Part shown: one piece after another, positions 46,845 to 61,837 of the stretch | Layout: each line of letters starts with the position of its first letter | Numbering within the stretch: the stretch's first letter is position 1 | NCBI RefSeq assembly: GCF_055900595.2 | Contig: NZ_CM148325.1 | DNA: 64,000 nt | Direction: 5' to 3' (one strand) | The notes under the pieces: generated by a model | What the model was told of the DNA's origin: nothing | Databases searched by the model: none | What the model saw: the letters and a program-made list of their open reading frames with translations, nothing else | Translations under genes and position numbers: made by a program

Positions 46845-49088
46845 ATGAAACTGAATGCAACTTATATAAAAATACGTGATAAATGGTGGGGGCTTCCGCT
46901 GTTCCTGCCTTCTTTCATCTTGCCCGTTTTCGCCCATATTAATACTTTCGCGCATATTTCTTCCGGTGAGGTTTTTCTCTTTTACCTGCCTTTGGCACTG
47001 ATGATCAGCATGATGATGTTTTTCAGCTGGGCGGCATTGCCAGGTATCGCTTTAGGGATTTTTGTTCGCAAATATGCAGAGCTGGGTATTTACGAAACGC
47101 TCTCATTAACAGCTAATTTTATTATCATTATCATTCTCTGTTGGGGCGGTTACAGGGTCTTTACTCCCCGGCGTAACAACGTTTCACATGGTGATACCCG
47201 TTTAATTGCCCAGCGTATATTCTGGCAGATTGTATTTCCTGCAACGCTGTTTCTAATACTTTTCCAATTTGCTGCGTTTGTTGGATTACTGGCGAGCAGA
47301 GAAAATCTGGTCGGCGTCATGCCCTTTAACCTCGGGACCTTAATCAATTATCAGGCCTTGCTGGTAGGTAATCTGATTGGTGTCCCGCTGTGCTATTTCA
47401 TCATTCGGGTGGTGCGAAATCCGTTTTATTTACGTAGCTATTATTCGCAATTAAAACAGCAGGTTGATGCCAAAGTTACCAAAAAAGAGTTCGCGCTCTG
47501 GCTACTGGCATTAGGTGCGTTGTTGCTGCTGTTGTGCATGCCGTTAAATGAAAAAAGCACAATTTTTAGCACCAATTATACCTTGTCATTATTGCTGCCC
47601 CTGATGATGTGGGGAGCGATGCGCTATGGTTATAAGCTGATTTCGCTGCTCTGGGCGGTCGTGCTGATGATCAGCATCCACAGCTATCAAAATTACATTC
47701 CCATTTATCCTGGCTATACCACGCAGCTGACCATAACCTCCTCCAGTTATCTGGTATTCTCTTTTATTGTCAATTATATGGCTGTACTGGCAACCCGTCA
47801 GCGAGCGGTAGTCAGACGCATTCAGCGGCTTGCGTATGTGGACCCGGTGGTTCATTTGCCAAATGTTCGCGCCCTGAATCGCGCGTTGCGTGATGCCCCC
47901 TGGTCTGCGCTTTGTTATTTACGCATCCCCGGCATGGAAATGCTGGTTAAGAACTATGGCATCATGCTACGGATTCAATACAAGCAAAAACTTTCTCACT
48001 GGCTGTCACCATTGCTGGAACCGGGTGAAGATGTTTATCAGCTTTCGGGTAACGATCTCGCGCTGCGACTGAATACAGAAGCGCACCAGGAGCGCATTAC
48101 CGCACTGGATAGCCATCTCAAGCAATTTCGTTTCTTTTGGGATGGAATGCCGATGCAACCGCAGATTGGCGTCAGTTACTGCTATGTGCGCTCGCCAGTG
48201 AATCATATCTACTTACTGCTGGGAGAGCTAAATACGGTCGCCGAACTTTCCATCGTGACCAACGCCCCGGAAAATATGCAGCGTCGCGGGGCAATGTATT
48301 TGCAACGCGAATTGAAAGATAAAGTCGCGATGATGAATCGGCTACAGCAGGCGCTGGAACACAACCATTTTTTCCTGATGGCCCAGCCGATTAACGGTAT
48401 GCGTGGTGATGTCTACCATGAGATCCTTCTGCGCATGAAAGGTGATAATGATGAACTGATCAGCCCCGACAGCTTCTTGCCGGTCGCGCACGAATTTGGT
48501 TTATCGTCGAGTATCGACATGTGGGTCATTGAGCATACGCTGCAATTTATGGCTGAAAACAGAGCGAAGATGCCCGCTCACCGTTTTGCGATTAATCTGT
48601 CGCCAACCTCGGTATGTCAGGCTCGTTTTCCCGTTGAAGTCAGTCAACTGCTGGCTAAATATCAAATTGAAGCGTGGCAACTTATTTTTGAAGTCACCGA
48701 AAGTAATGCTCTGACCAATGTTAAGCAGGCGCAAATCACCTTGCAGCATCTTCAGGAATTAGGCTGCCAGATTGCGATTGATGATTTCGGCACCGGCTAC
48801 GCCAGCTATGCGCGGCTTAAAAATGTGAATGCCGATCTCCTTAAAATTGACGGCAGTTTTATCCGCAATATTGTGTCAAATAGTCTGGATTACCAGATAG
48901 TGGCGTCGATTTGTCACCTGGCGCGAATGAAGAAAATGCTGGTAGTGGCAGAGTACGTTCAAAACGAAGAGATCCGCGAGGCGGTGCTTTCTTTAGGGAT
49001 AGATTATATGCAGGGTTATCTTATTGGTAAGCCGCAACCGTTAATTGATACGCTGAATGAAATCGAACCCATTCGCGAAAGTGCCTGA
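46845..49088 (+). CDS. pdeF: Cyclic-di-GMP phosphodiesterase PdeF (YfgF): membrane MASE1 domain, degenerate GGDEF, EAL
   Basis: 747 aa; N-terminal multi-TM region and C-terminal EAL domain (... QIAIDDFGTGYASYARLK ...). Confidence 0.9.
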   Translation: MKLNATYIKIRDKWWGLPLFLPSFILPVFAHINTFAHISSGEVFLFYLPLALMISMMMFFSWAALPGIALGIFVRKYAELGIYETLSLTANFIIIIILCWGGYRVFTPRRNNVSHGDTRLIAQRIFWQIVFPATLFLILFQFAAFVGLLASRENLVGVMPFNLGTLINYQALLVGNLIGVPLCYFIIRVVRNPFYLRSYYSQLKQQVDAKVTKKEFALWLLALGALLLLLCMPLNEKSTIFSTNYTLSLLLPLMMWGAMRYGYKLISLLWAVVLMISIHSYQNYIPIYPGYTTQLTITSSSYLVFSFIVNYMAVLATRQRAVVRRIQRLAYVDPVVHLPNVRALNRALRDAPWSALCYLRIPGMEMLVKNYGIMLRIQYKQKLSHWLSPLLEPGEDVYQLSGNDLALRLNTEAHQERITALDSHLKQFRFFWDGMPMQPQIGVSYCYVRSPVNHIYLLLGELNTVAELSIVTNAPENMQRRGAMYLQRELKDKVAMMNRLQQALEHNHFFLMAQPINGMRGDVYHEILLRMKGDNDELISPDSFLPVAHEFGLSSSIDMWVIEHTLQFMAENRAKMPAHRFAINLSPTSVCQARFPVEVSQLLAKYQIEAWQLIFEVTESNALTNVKQAQITLQHLQELGCQIAIDDFGTGYASYARLKNVNADLLKIDGSFIRNIVSNSLDYQIVASICHLARMKKMLVVAEYVQNEEIREAVLSLGIDYMQGYLIGKPQPLIDTLNEIEPIRESA

Positions 49089-49095
49089 ACAGCGA

Positions 49096-49118
49096 GGGCC
49101 GACATTTCTTGTCGGCCC
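49096..49118. terminator. Bidirectional terminator between convergent pdeF and ppx
   Basis: gggccgaca-tttct-tgtcggccc hairpin. Confidence 0.5.
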
Positions 49119-49126
49119 GCAAAGCA

Positions 49127-52739
<3,613 letters not shown>

Positions 52740-52910
52740 TACCACTTTTACTCCGTTTTATTCACGGGACACTGCCTGGATATTATGGCGAGCAATATTG
52801 GCAGATGTCCAACTATGCCAGAAAAGGGGGAAAAAAACTGCTGGAGCTTGCGATTTACAGGTGAATTGAAAAACGCCAGCGGCAGAGCTGGCGCTTTAAC
52901 TACGGGGGCA

Positions 52911-53548
52911 TTACTCGTCGGCAGCGTAGCCCTGCGGCGGCAGACGTTGACCATCCAGCCACGCGGCGTTTTCGTGCATTTTCAGACGACCATCGGCAAA
53001 CCAGCTAATCACCAGTGGATAAATAGCGTGTTCCTGGGTTTGCACGCGGGCGGTGATGTCATCCTCCGTATCACCAGCAAATACCGGGACTTTCGCCTGT
53101 AAAATAACCGGGCCACCGTCCAGTTCATCGGTGACGAAATGCACCGATGTACCGTGCTCTTCATCGCCATTTTCCAGCGCCTGACGATGGGTGTGTAATC
53201 CGGGATATTTCGGCAGCAGAGAAGGGTGAATGTTCAGCAAACGCCCGGCATAGTGGGAGACAAACGCCGGGCTGAGAATGCGCATAAAACCAGCCAGCAC
53301 GACCACATCGGGTGCGTACATGTCGATTTCATGAATCAACTCCCGGTCATAGGCTTCACGACTGTCAAACGCGCCGGCGATGAGCGTATGCGTTGCAATA
53401 CCCGCCTGGCGGGCGCGTTCAAGGCCGAACGCGTCGGCCTTATTGCTGAAAACTGCCCGTACGGTGCCTTTAATTTTATTGGTTTTGCAGGCGTCAATAA
53501 TTGCCTGCAAATTACTTCCGTTGCCGGAAATAAGCACCACAATATTCA

Positions 53549-53549
<1 letters not shown>
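52911..53549 (-). CDS. purN: Phosphoribosylglycinamide formyltransferase 1
   Basis: 212 aa, MNIVVLISGNGSNLQAIIDAC; overlaps the purM stop. Confidence 0.95.
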
Positions 53550-54604
<1,055 letters not shown>

Positions 54605-54650
54605 TTACTTGCGGTAGAAAAATAAAATTCGGCGCAATTCTAACAGGGAA

Positions 54651-54666
54651 AGCAAACGTTTGCGAG
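54651..54666. promoter_or_regulatory. PurR operator (PUR box) upstream of purMN
   Basis: Near-palindrome aagcaaacgtttgcga matches the PurR box consensus ACGCAAACGTTTTCNT. Confidence 0.6.
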
Positions 54667-54910
54667 ACTGCTTTACACAACCTTTTTGCACTTCATTTTC
54701 CCAAGCGCGCGGCGAAAGAATAGCTGCACTGTGGCAAAGAAGAGTTTTTGGATGGAATAATATTCTTTCATAACCACATGAATATAAAGTAACTTTATCT
54801 AAAACCGTTATCATTTTGACTCAAATCAACGAAAATAATATTGCCGCCTTGAAGAAAGGAGGTATAATCCGTCGATTTTTTTTGTGGCTGCCCCTCAAAG
54901 GAGAAAGAGT

Positions 54911-55537
54911 ATGAAGATCGTGGAAGTCAAACACCCACTCGTCAAACACAAGCTGGGACTGATGCGTGAGCAAGATATCAGCACCAAGCGCTTTCGCGAA
55001 CTCGCTTCCGAAGTGGGTAGCCTGCTGACTTACGAAGCGACCGCCGACCTCGAAACGGAAAAAGTAACTATCGAAGGCTGGAACGGCCCGGTAGAAATCG
55101 ACCAGATCAAAGGTAAGAAAATTACCGTTGTGCCAATTCTGCGTGCGGGTCTGGGGATGATGGACGGTGTGCTGGAAAACGTTCCGAGCGCGCGCATTAG
55201 CGTCGTCGGTATGTACCGTAATGAAGAAACGCTGGAGCCGGTACCGTACTTCCAGAAACTGGTTTCTAACATCGATGAGCGTATGGCGCTGATCGTTGAC
55301 CCAATGCTGGCAACCGGTGGTTCCGTTATCGCGACCATCGACCTGCTGAAAAAAGCGGGCTGCAGCAGCATCAAAGTTCTGGTGCTGGTAGCTGCGCCAG
55401 AAGGTATCGCAGCGCTGGAAAAAGCGCACCCGGACGTCGAACTGTATACTGCATCGATTGACCAGGGACTGAACGAGCACGGATACATTATTCCGGGCCT
55501 CGGCGATGCCGGTGACAAAATCTTTGGTACGAAATAA
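54911..55537 (+). CDS. upp: Uracil phosphoribosyltransferase
   Basis: [25 protein letters not shown] ...; 208 aa from the ATG at 54911. Confidence 0.95.
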
Positions 55538-55552
55538 AGAATAAAAATAATT

Positions 55553-55582
55553 AAAGCCGACTTTAAGAGTCGGCTTTTTTTT
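55553..55582 (+). terminator. Stem-loop/terminator between upp and uraA
   Basis: aaagccgac-tttaaga-gtcggcttt followed by TTTTT. Confidence 0.5.
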
Positions 55583-55622
55583 GAGTAAAGCGCCTATAAC
55601 ACATAATACAGAGGATAATACT

Positions 55623-56912
55623 ATGACGCGCCGTGCTATCGGGGTGAGTGAAAGACCGCCACTTTTACAGACAATCCCGCTTAGTTTGCAACATTTGTTC
55701 GCCATGTTTGGTGCAACCGTCTTGGTGCCCGTCTTATTTCATATTAACCCGGCGACTGTACTGTTATTTAACGGTATAGGAACGCTGCTGTATCTCTTCA
55801 TCTGTAAAGGGAAAATCCCGGCTTATCTTGGTTCCAGCTTTGCCTTTATTTCACCGGTATTGTTACTGTTGCCGTTAGGGTATGAAGTCGCGCTGGGCGG
55901 CTTTATTATGTGCGGCGTGCTGTTCTGCCTGGTTTCTTTTATCGTGAAGAAAGCGGGGACCGGCTGGCTGGACGTGCTGTTTCCACCTGCGGCAATGGGC
56001 GCAATCGTTGCCGTCATCGGTCTGGAGTTGGCGGGCGTAGCTGCCGGTATGGCAGGTTTACTCCCGGCTGAAGGGCAAACGCCAGACTCCAAAACCATCA
56101 TCATCTCCATTACCACGCTGGCAGTCACGGTTTTAGGTTCCGTGCTGTTTCGTGGTTTCCTGGCAATTATCCCGATTTTAATTGGCGTGCTGGTGGGCTA
56201 CGCGCTCTCTTTCGCAATGGGAATTGTCGATACCACGCCGATTATTAATGCTCACTGGTTTGCGCTGCCAACTCTCTATACGCCGCGCTTCGAGTGGTTT
56301 GCCATTCTGACTATTCTGCCAGCGGCGTTAGTGGTTATTGCCGAACACGTAGGGCACCTGGTAGTAACGGCTAATATCGTCAAAAAAGATCTGCTGCGCG
56401 ATCCAGGTCTGCACCGTTCGATGTTTGCTAACGGCTTGTCGACCGTGATCTCCGGCTTCTTTGGCTCCACGCCAAACACCACCTACGGGGAAAACATTGG
56501 CGTGATGGCGATCACCCGTGTTTACAGTACCTGGGTTATCGGCGGGGCGGCGATTTTCGCTATCCTGCTTTCCTGCGTCGGTAAACTGGCTGCTGCTATC
56601 CAGATGATCCCATTGCCGGTGATGGGCGGCGTTTCGCTGCTGCTTTATGGTGTTATCGGTGCTTCCGGTATTCGTGTTTTGATCGAATCGAAAGTGGATT
56701 ACAACAAAGCACAGAACCTGATCCTGACTTCCGTGATTTTGATCATCGGTGTCAGTGGCGCGAAGGTAAACATCGGCGCGGCGGAGCTGAAAGGTATGGC
56801 GCTGGCGACCATCGTCGGTATCGGCTTAAGTTTGATCTTCAAACTGATTAGTGTGCTGCGACCTGAAGAAGTGGTGCTGGACGCAGAAGACGCGGATATA
56901 ACAGACAAATAA
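55623..56912 (+). CDS. uraA: Uracil:H+ symporter
   Basis: [36 protein letters not shown]; NCS2-family multi-TM permease; start chosen at the conserved Met. Confidence 0.95.
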   Translation: MTRRAIGVSERPPLLQTIPLSLQHLFAMFGATVLVPVLFHINPATVLLFNGIGTLLYLFICKGKIPAYLGSSFAFISPVLLLLPLGYEVALGGFIMCGVLFCLVSFIVKKAGTGWLDVLFPPAAMGAIVAVIGLELAGVAAGMAGLLPAEGQTPDSKTIIISITTLAVTVLGSVLFRGFLAIIPILIGVLVGYALSFAMGIVDTTPIINAHWFALPTLYTPRFEWFAILTILPAALVVIAEHVGHLVVTANIVKKDLLRDPGLHRSMFANGLSTVISGFFGSTPNTTYGENIGVMAITRVYSTWVIGGAAIFAILLSCVGKLAAAIQMIPLPVMGGVSLLLYGVIGASGIRVLIESKVDYNKAQNLILTSVILIIGVSGAKVNIGAAELKGMALATIVGIGLSLIFKLISVLRPEEVVLDAEDADITDK

Positions 56913-56918
56913 TGTACC

Positions 56919-56941
56919 GACCGGGCAGTGTTGCTGCCCGG
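56919..56941 (+). terminator. Terminator after uraA
   Basis: accgggcag-tgttg-ctgcccggt hairpin. Confidence 0.45.
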
Positions 56942-57006
56942 TTCAAACATCATGGGATTCTGTGGTAAACTTCTCGCGATTTTGTGAAATCCTGGTTGAG
57001 GTATCT

Positions 57007-57708
57007 CTGAACACACCGGCACAGCTCTCTTTGCCACTTTATCTTCCTGACGACGAAACCTTTGCAAGTTTCTGGCCGGGGGATAACTCCTCTTTACTGG
57101 CCGCGCTGCAAAACGTGCTGCGTCAGGAACATAGCGGTTACATCTATCTCTGGGCACGCGAAGGCGCGGGGCGCAGCCATCTGCTGCACGCGGCTTGCGC
57201 GGAATTGTCGCAGCGTGGCGATGCGGTGGGCTATGTCCCGCTGGATAAACGCACCTGGTTTGTTCCGGAAGTGCTCGACGGTATGGAGCATTTGTCGCTG
57301 GTCTGTATCGACAACATTGAGTGTATTGCAGGCGATGAGTTGTGGGAGATGGCGATTTTCGATCTCTACAATCGAATTCTGGAATCGGGTAAAACACGGT
57401 TGTTAATCACCGGCGATCGTCCACCGCGGCAGTTGAATCTGGGATTACCGGATCTCGCGTCGCGACTCGACTGGGGGCAGATCTACAAATTGCAGCCTCT
57501 TTCTGATGAAGATAAGTTGCAGGCGCTACAGTTACGCGCGCGTTTGCGTGGTTTTGAACTGCCGGAAGATGTGGGGCGTTTCTTGCTGAAGCGGCTCGAC
57601 AGAGAGATGCGCACGTTATTTATGACGTTGGATCAGTTGGATCGTGCGTCGATTACCGCGCAACGTAAGCTGACCATTCCGTTTGTGAAAGAAATTCTGA
57701 AACTGTAG
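57007..57708 (+). CDS. hda: DnaA-inactivating (RIDA) protein Hda
   Basis: [27 protein letters not shown] ... with AAA+ region [15 protein letters not shown]; start assigned to the CTG at 57007 per the reported E. coli non-canonical start (recalled); ORF track begins at GTG 56962. Confidence 0.8.
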
Positions 57709-57740
57709 ACAAGACGTTTATTGTCGGATATGCACCCATA

Positions 57741-57773
57741 GTATTCGTCGGCCGGATAAGACGCGGCAAGCGT
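57741..57773. repeat. REP (repetitive extragenic palindromic) element
   Basis: gccggataagacgcggcaagcgtcgcatccggc matches the E. coli REP consensus GCCGGATAAG ... GCATCCGGC. Confidence 0.6.
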
Positions 57774-57813
57774 CGCATCCGGCAATGTGCTTCAACTAGC
57801 GATGGAGCACTTA

Positions 57814-58173
57814 TTAACCCACGATTTCCAGCACCTGCTCCGGTGGACGACCAATTCGCGCTTTGCCATTCGCGACCACAATCGGGCGCTCCATTAGCTT
57901 CGGATTATCCACCATTGCCTGAATCAGCGCCTCTTCGCTAAGCGAACTGTCAGCCAGGTTCAGTTCTTTATAAAGATCCTCTTTCTGGCGCATCAATTCA
58001 CGAGCGCTATTCATTCCCAGCATTTTCAGCAAATCGCGCAGCGTTGCCGCATCGGCGGGTGTCTCAAGGTAGAGCACCACTTCTGGCTCCACGCCGTTTT
58101 CTTTCAGCAGGTTCAGCGTTTCCCGGCTCTTTGAACAGCGTGGGTTATGGTAGATTTTTACCTGTTTGGTCAT
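57814..58173 (-). CDS. yfgD: ArsC/Spx-family thiol oxidoreductase (YfgD)
   Basis: 119 aa, MTKQVKIYHNPRCSKSRETLNLLKENGVEPEVV (ArsC-family CxxS motif). Confidence 0.85.
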   Translation of the reverse strand: MTKQVKIYHNPRCSKSRETLNLLKENGVEPEVVLYLETPADAATLRDLLKMLGMNSARELMRQKEDLYKELNLADSSLSEEALIQAMVDNPKLMERPIVVANGKARIGRPPEQVLEIVG

Positions 58174-58193
58174 TGTTCTTCCTTTAATGCGAA

Positions 58194-59657
58194 TTACATC
58201 TTGGTATAAGGCTTAAAGCGTTCTTGCAGCTGGCGCAACTGGTCGATGCGCGCATCGTAACGCGCTTGTTGCAGGCTGCCTAATTTCACCTGAGAACTGG
58301 CGCTACTCAACAAGGAAATGGCCTGATCGAGTCGCCCGGCGAGCGCATAACCTTCTGCTCGCGCAGCCAGTTCCTGATCGCGGTTATTTAGTGCGGCTTC
58401 CGCCTGTGCCAGTAAATCCCAGCCGTTGCTGTCATCTTTATTGTTAAAAGTGTAGCGATTCAGAATATTGGCCGCTTCCTGTGGTTGCCCCCCTTGCAGA
58501 TAAGCGTTCGCCAGGTTGAGCTGCAACACCGGATTGGTGCGCAAATCGCGGGCATTTTTCAGGCGATTGATAGCGTCATTGGCTTTGTTTTGCCCAAGAT
58601 CGATATCGGTAGCCAGATCGAGATACCATGCGTTGCCAGGTTCTGCCGCCAGTAACGGTTGCAGCGTTTTACGCGCTTCGTCGTATTTATTGGCTTCCAT
58701 CGCCTGTAAAGCACGACCATATTGCGCCGCTCGTTGCTGACGAACGTTTCCTTTCGCCCATTCATCCAGCAAATCACTGGTGAGCTGATTACGTCCGGAA
58801 TTATACATCCCCAGTGTGCGCGCTTTCGCCAGATAGAAATCCTCCGACGACTGCACCACCATCGGGCGCATCTGATTAGCACGGTTGCGGGCATCTGCCA
58901 GACGACTTTCCGGCAACGGGTGAGTCAATAAAATTTCCGGCGGACGCGAGGAGTAACGCGCCTGATCGAGCAATTTTTCGAGGAAGGTTGGCATCGCCTG
59001 CGGATCGAATCCTGAGCGTTGCAGCACCTGAATACCAATGCGGTCCGCTTCCTGTTCATTTTGCTGGGTGAAACTGATCATACCCTGGCGCGTTCCCGCC
59101 AGCGTACCGGTTAGCGCCGCCATCCCTGCTTGTGGACTGGCCATCGCCAGTAAAATAGAACCTAACGCCCCGACCCAGGTCAGTGGTGCGCTGCGCTGCT
59201 GATCTTCCATCGCTCGCGCCAGGTGACGTTGGGTGACGTGGGAGATTTCGTGCGCCATAACTGAAGCCAGTTGACTTTCGTTATCGGAATAACGGAACAG
59301 GGCAGAGTGCAGCACCACGTTGCCGCCAAAGAAAGCAAAGGCGTTAATTTCGTCGTTGTTGATCAGAAAGAAATGAAACGGTGTCTTAACCGAATTGGCA
59401 TGCGAAACCAGACGCATCCCCAGCGAATTAATATATTGCGTTAACAGCGGGTCATTAATTAACGGCGCGCTGCCGCGTAGCTGGCGGACATAATAGTCGC
59501 CCATCTGCATTTCCTGGCCAATGGAAAGCGTGCTTCCTGCGGAGGTTCCCATATCCGGCAAGGTGTCTGCGCTGTCGGCAAACGCCGGGGCTACCTGACC
59601 AATGGTCATAGCAGCAATGAGGGTTGCAACCAGGTTTTTTTTCAACTGCCTGAACAT
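58194..59657 (-). CDS. bepA: Beta-barrel assembly-enhancing protease (M48 peptidase with TPR repeats)
   Basis: Signal peptide, zinc-metalloprotease [10 protein letters not shown] motif, C-terminal TPR-like repeats. Confidence 0.9.
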   Translation of the reverse strand: MFRQLKKNLVATLIAAMTIGQVAPAFADSADTLPDMGTSAGSTLSIGQEMQMGDYYVRQLRGSAPLINDPLLTQYINSLGMRLVSHANSVKTPFHFFLINNDEINAFAFFGGNVVLHSALFRYSDNESQLASVMAHEISHVTQRHLARAMEDQQRSAPLTWVGALGSILLAMASPQAGMAALTGTLAGTRQGMISFTQQNEQEADRIGIQVLQRSGFDPQAMPTFLEKLLDQARYSSRPPEILLTHPLPESRLADARNRANQMRPMVVQSSEDFYLAKARTLGMYNSGRNQLTSDLLDEWAKGNVRQQRAAQYGRALQAMEANKYDEARKTLQPLLAAEPGNAWYLDLATDIDLGQNKANDAINRLKNARDLRTNPVLQLNLANAYLQGGQPQEAANILNRYTFNNKDDSNGWDLLAQAEAALNNRDQELAARAEGYALAGRLDQAISLLSSASSQVKLGSLQQARYDARIDQLRQLQERFKPYTKM

Positions 59658-59869
59658 AACCTCTATCCTGTATTTCTGAAGATAGTCATTTGACCGATAC
59701 TGTGAAATATCGTTCCCACCGCGCCGCCTTTGAGTGTAACGGCGAAGATTAGCCCACTCAAATGACTTTTCAGTTTCCTGAATCCGTCATAAAAAGCGAA
59801 GTCTTTTTTGTGACATTTCGATACAATCGCGGATCGCAATCCCGCTCTTGAGGTTCAGGGAAGGTCTTT

Positions 59870-60931
59870 ATGCTCGAAATGTTGATGCAATGGTATCGCC
59901 GCCGTTTTAGCGACCCGGAAGCGATTGCCTTGCTGGTTATTTTAGTTGCCGGATTTGGCATTATTTTTTTCTTTAGTGGCCTGCTTGCTCCGCTGTTGGT
60001 GGCTATTGTGCTGGCCTATTTGCTGGAATGGCCAACCGTGCGCCTGCAATCTATTGGCTGCTCCCGCCGCTGGGCGACGTCGATTGTATTGGTGGTTTTC
60101 GTCGGTATATTGCTATTGATGGCGTTCGTGGTACTGCCTATCGCCTGGCAGCAGGGCATCTACTTAATTCGCGATATGCCGGGGATGCTCAATAAGCTTT
60201 CTGACTTTGCCGCCACGTTGCCGCGCCGCTATCCGGCGTTAATGGATGCGGGCATTATTGATGCAATGGCCGAAAATATGCGCAGTCGGATGCTGACCAT
60301 GGGCGATTCGGTGGTGAAAATTTCCCTCGCCTCGCTGGTCGGTTTGCTGACCATTGCCGTCTATCTGGTGCTGGTACCATTGATGGTCTTCTTCCTGCTG
60401 AAAGACAAAGAGCAGATGCTGAACGCCGTTCGTCGGGTGCTGCCACGTAACCGTGGACTGGCAGGACAGGTATGGAAGGAGATGAATCAACAAATCACCA
60501 ACTATATCCGCGGCAAAGTGCTGGAGATGATCGTGGTGGGGATCGCCACCTGGCTGGGATTCTTACTCTTCGGGCTGAACTATTCGCTGCTGCTGGCGGT
60601 GCTGGTCGGCTTCTCGGTACTTATTCCGTACATTGGTGCATTTGTGGTGACCATTCCGGTGGTTGGCGTGGCGCTATTCCAGTTTGGTGCTGGCACGGAA
60701 TTCTGGAGCTGCTTCGCGGTGTATCTGATCATTCAGGCGCTGGACGGCAACCTGTTAGTACCTGTGTTGTTCTCCGAAGCGGTTAACCTGCATCCGCTGG
60801 TCATTATTTTATCAGTAGTGATCTTCGGTGGTTTGTGGGGATTCTGGGGCGTATTCTTCGCCATTCCATTGGCGACGCTGATCAAAGCCGTGATTCACGC
60901 CTGGCCCGATGGTCAAATCGCGCAAGACTAA
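59870..60931 (+). CDS. perM: AI-2E-family membrane transporter PerM (YfgO)
   Basis: 353-aa polytopic membrane protein; K-12 neighbourhood bepA/focB (recalled). Confidence 0.85.
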   Translation: MLEMLMQWYRRRFSDPEAIALLVILVAGFGIIFFFSGLLAPLLVAIVLAYLLEWPTVRLQSIGCSRRWATSIVLVVFVGILLLMAFVVLPIAWQQGIYLIRDMPGMLNKLSDFAATLPRRYPALMDAGIIDAMAENMRSRMLTMGDSVVKISLASLVGLLTIAVYLVLVPLMVFFLLKDKEQMLNAVRRVLPRNRGLAGQVWKEMNQQITNYIRGKVLEMIVVGIATWLGFLLFGLNYSLLLAVLVGFSVLIPYIGAFVVTIPVVGVALFQFGAGTEFWSCFAVYLIIQALDGNLLVPVLFSEAVNLHPLVIILSVVIFGGLWGFWGVFFAIPLATLIKAVIHAWPDGQIAQD

Positions 60932-60967
60932 TCTTCAGCCCGACGAACTGTTTCGCCGGGCTGATTT

Positions 60968-61816
60968 TTAGGGTTCCTGACGTAAATAAATAGCCCGATA
61001 ACAAATACTCACCAGCACTGCACCGCCGATAATATTACCCAGCATCACCGGGAGCAGATTGGCGGTAATAAAATGGCTGACCGTCAGTGCCTGAAAATTG
61101 TCTGCGCTACTGTGCGCCAGTTGCCAGAAGGAGGTAGGGGCGAAATGGCGAATGGCAATGGCGAACGGAATCACAAACAAATTGGCGATACAGTGCTCAA
61201 AGCCACTGGCGACAAACAGGGTGATGGGCAAAATCATGGCGACGATTTTGTCGCATAATGAACGTCCGCAATAACTCATCCACAGCGCCAGACAAACCAT
61301 CAGATTGCACATAATGCCGAGGCTGACAGATTCAGTAAATGTATGATGCATTTTGCCCTCGGCGCAGTGTAAAACCGCGACTCCCCACATCGCGTTTTCA
61401 CTCATCACCAGCCCGGAAAACCAGATTAACAAACTGAAACAGGCAATACCTGCCAGATTACCGCAGGCCACCAGAAGTGCATTAATCAGCCATGTTCGCA
61501 AGCTAATAACGCCCCGACTTTTTGCCATCACCGTCATTACCGACGAGGTGAACAGGCTGGTGCCGCAAACCGCCAGCAAAATAAAGCCGAGTGTAAAGCA
61601 AAGGCCACCCACCAGATGGGTTAATGCCTGTGAAGACGGGGCATCGGCGATAACGGTAAGGTAAAAAGTAAATCCGATCGCCATAAACACGCCTGCGGAC
61701 ATCGCCATTAAAAAGACCGACACTTTGCTGCGGACAATTTTATGGGCGGCAATCCGTTCAGCGATTGCCGCTTTTCTGGCGCTCAACTGCAAGTCGAAAG
61801 AGAGTTTGTTTCTCAT
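60968..61816 (-). CDS. focB: Formate channel FocB (FNT family)
   Basis: 282-aa polytopic membrane protein, immediately downstream of hyfR as in the hyf operon. Confidence 0.85.
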   Translation of the reverse strand: MRNKLSFDLQLSARKAAIAERIAAHKIVRSKVSVFLMAMSAGVFMAIGFTFYLTVIADAPSSQALTHLVGGLCFTLGFILLAVCGTSLFTSSVMTVMAKSRGVISLRTWLINALLVACGNLAGIACFSLLIWFSGLVMSENAMWGVAVLHCAEGKMHHTFTESVSLGIMCNLMVCLALWMSYCGRSLCDKIVAMILPITLFVASGFEHCIANLFVIPFAIAIRHFAPTSFWQLAHSSADNFQALTVSHFITANLLPVMLGNIIGGAVLVSICYRAIYLRQEP

Positions 61817-61837
61817 GCATACTCCTGCAAAAACAGA

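Noticed and set aside
55823-56128. 101-aa minus-strand ORF inside uraA, and similar antisense ORFs in upp, hda, bepA, ppk and purM
   Set aside because: Shadow frames opposite conserved housekeeping genes.
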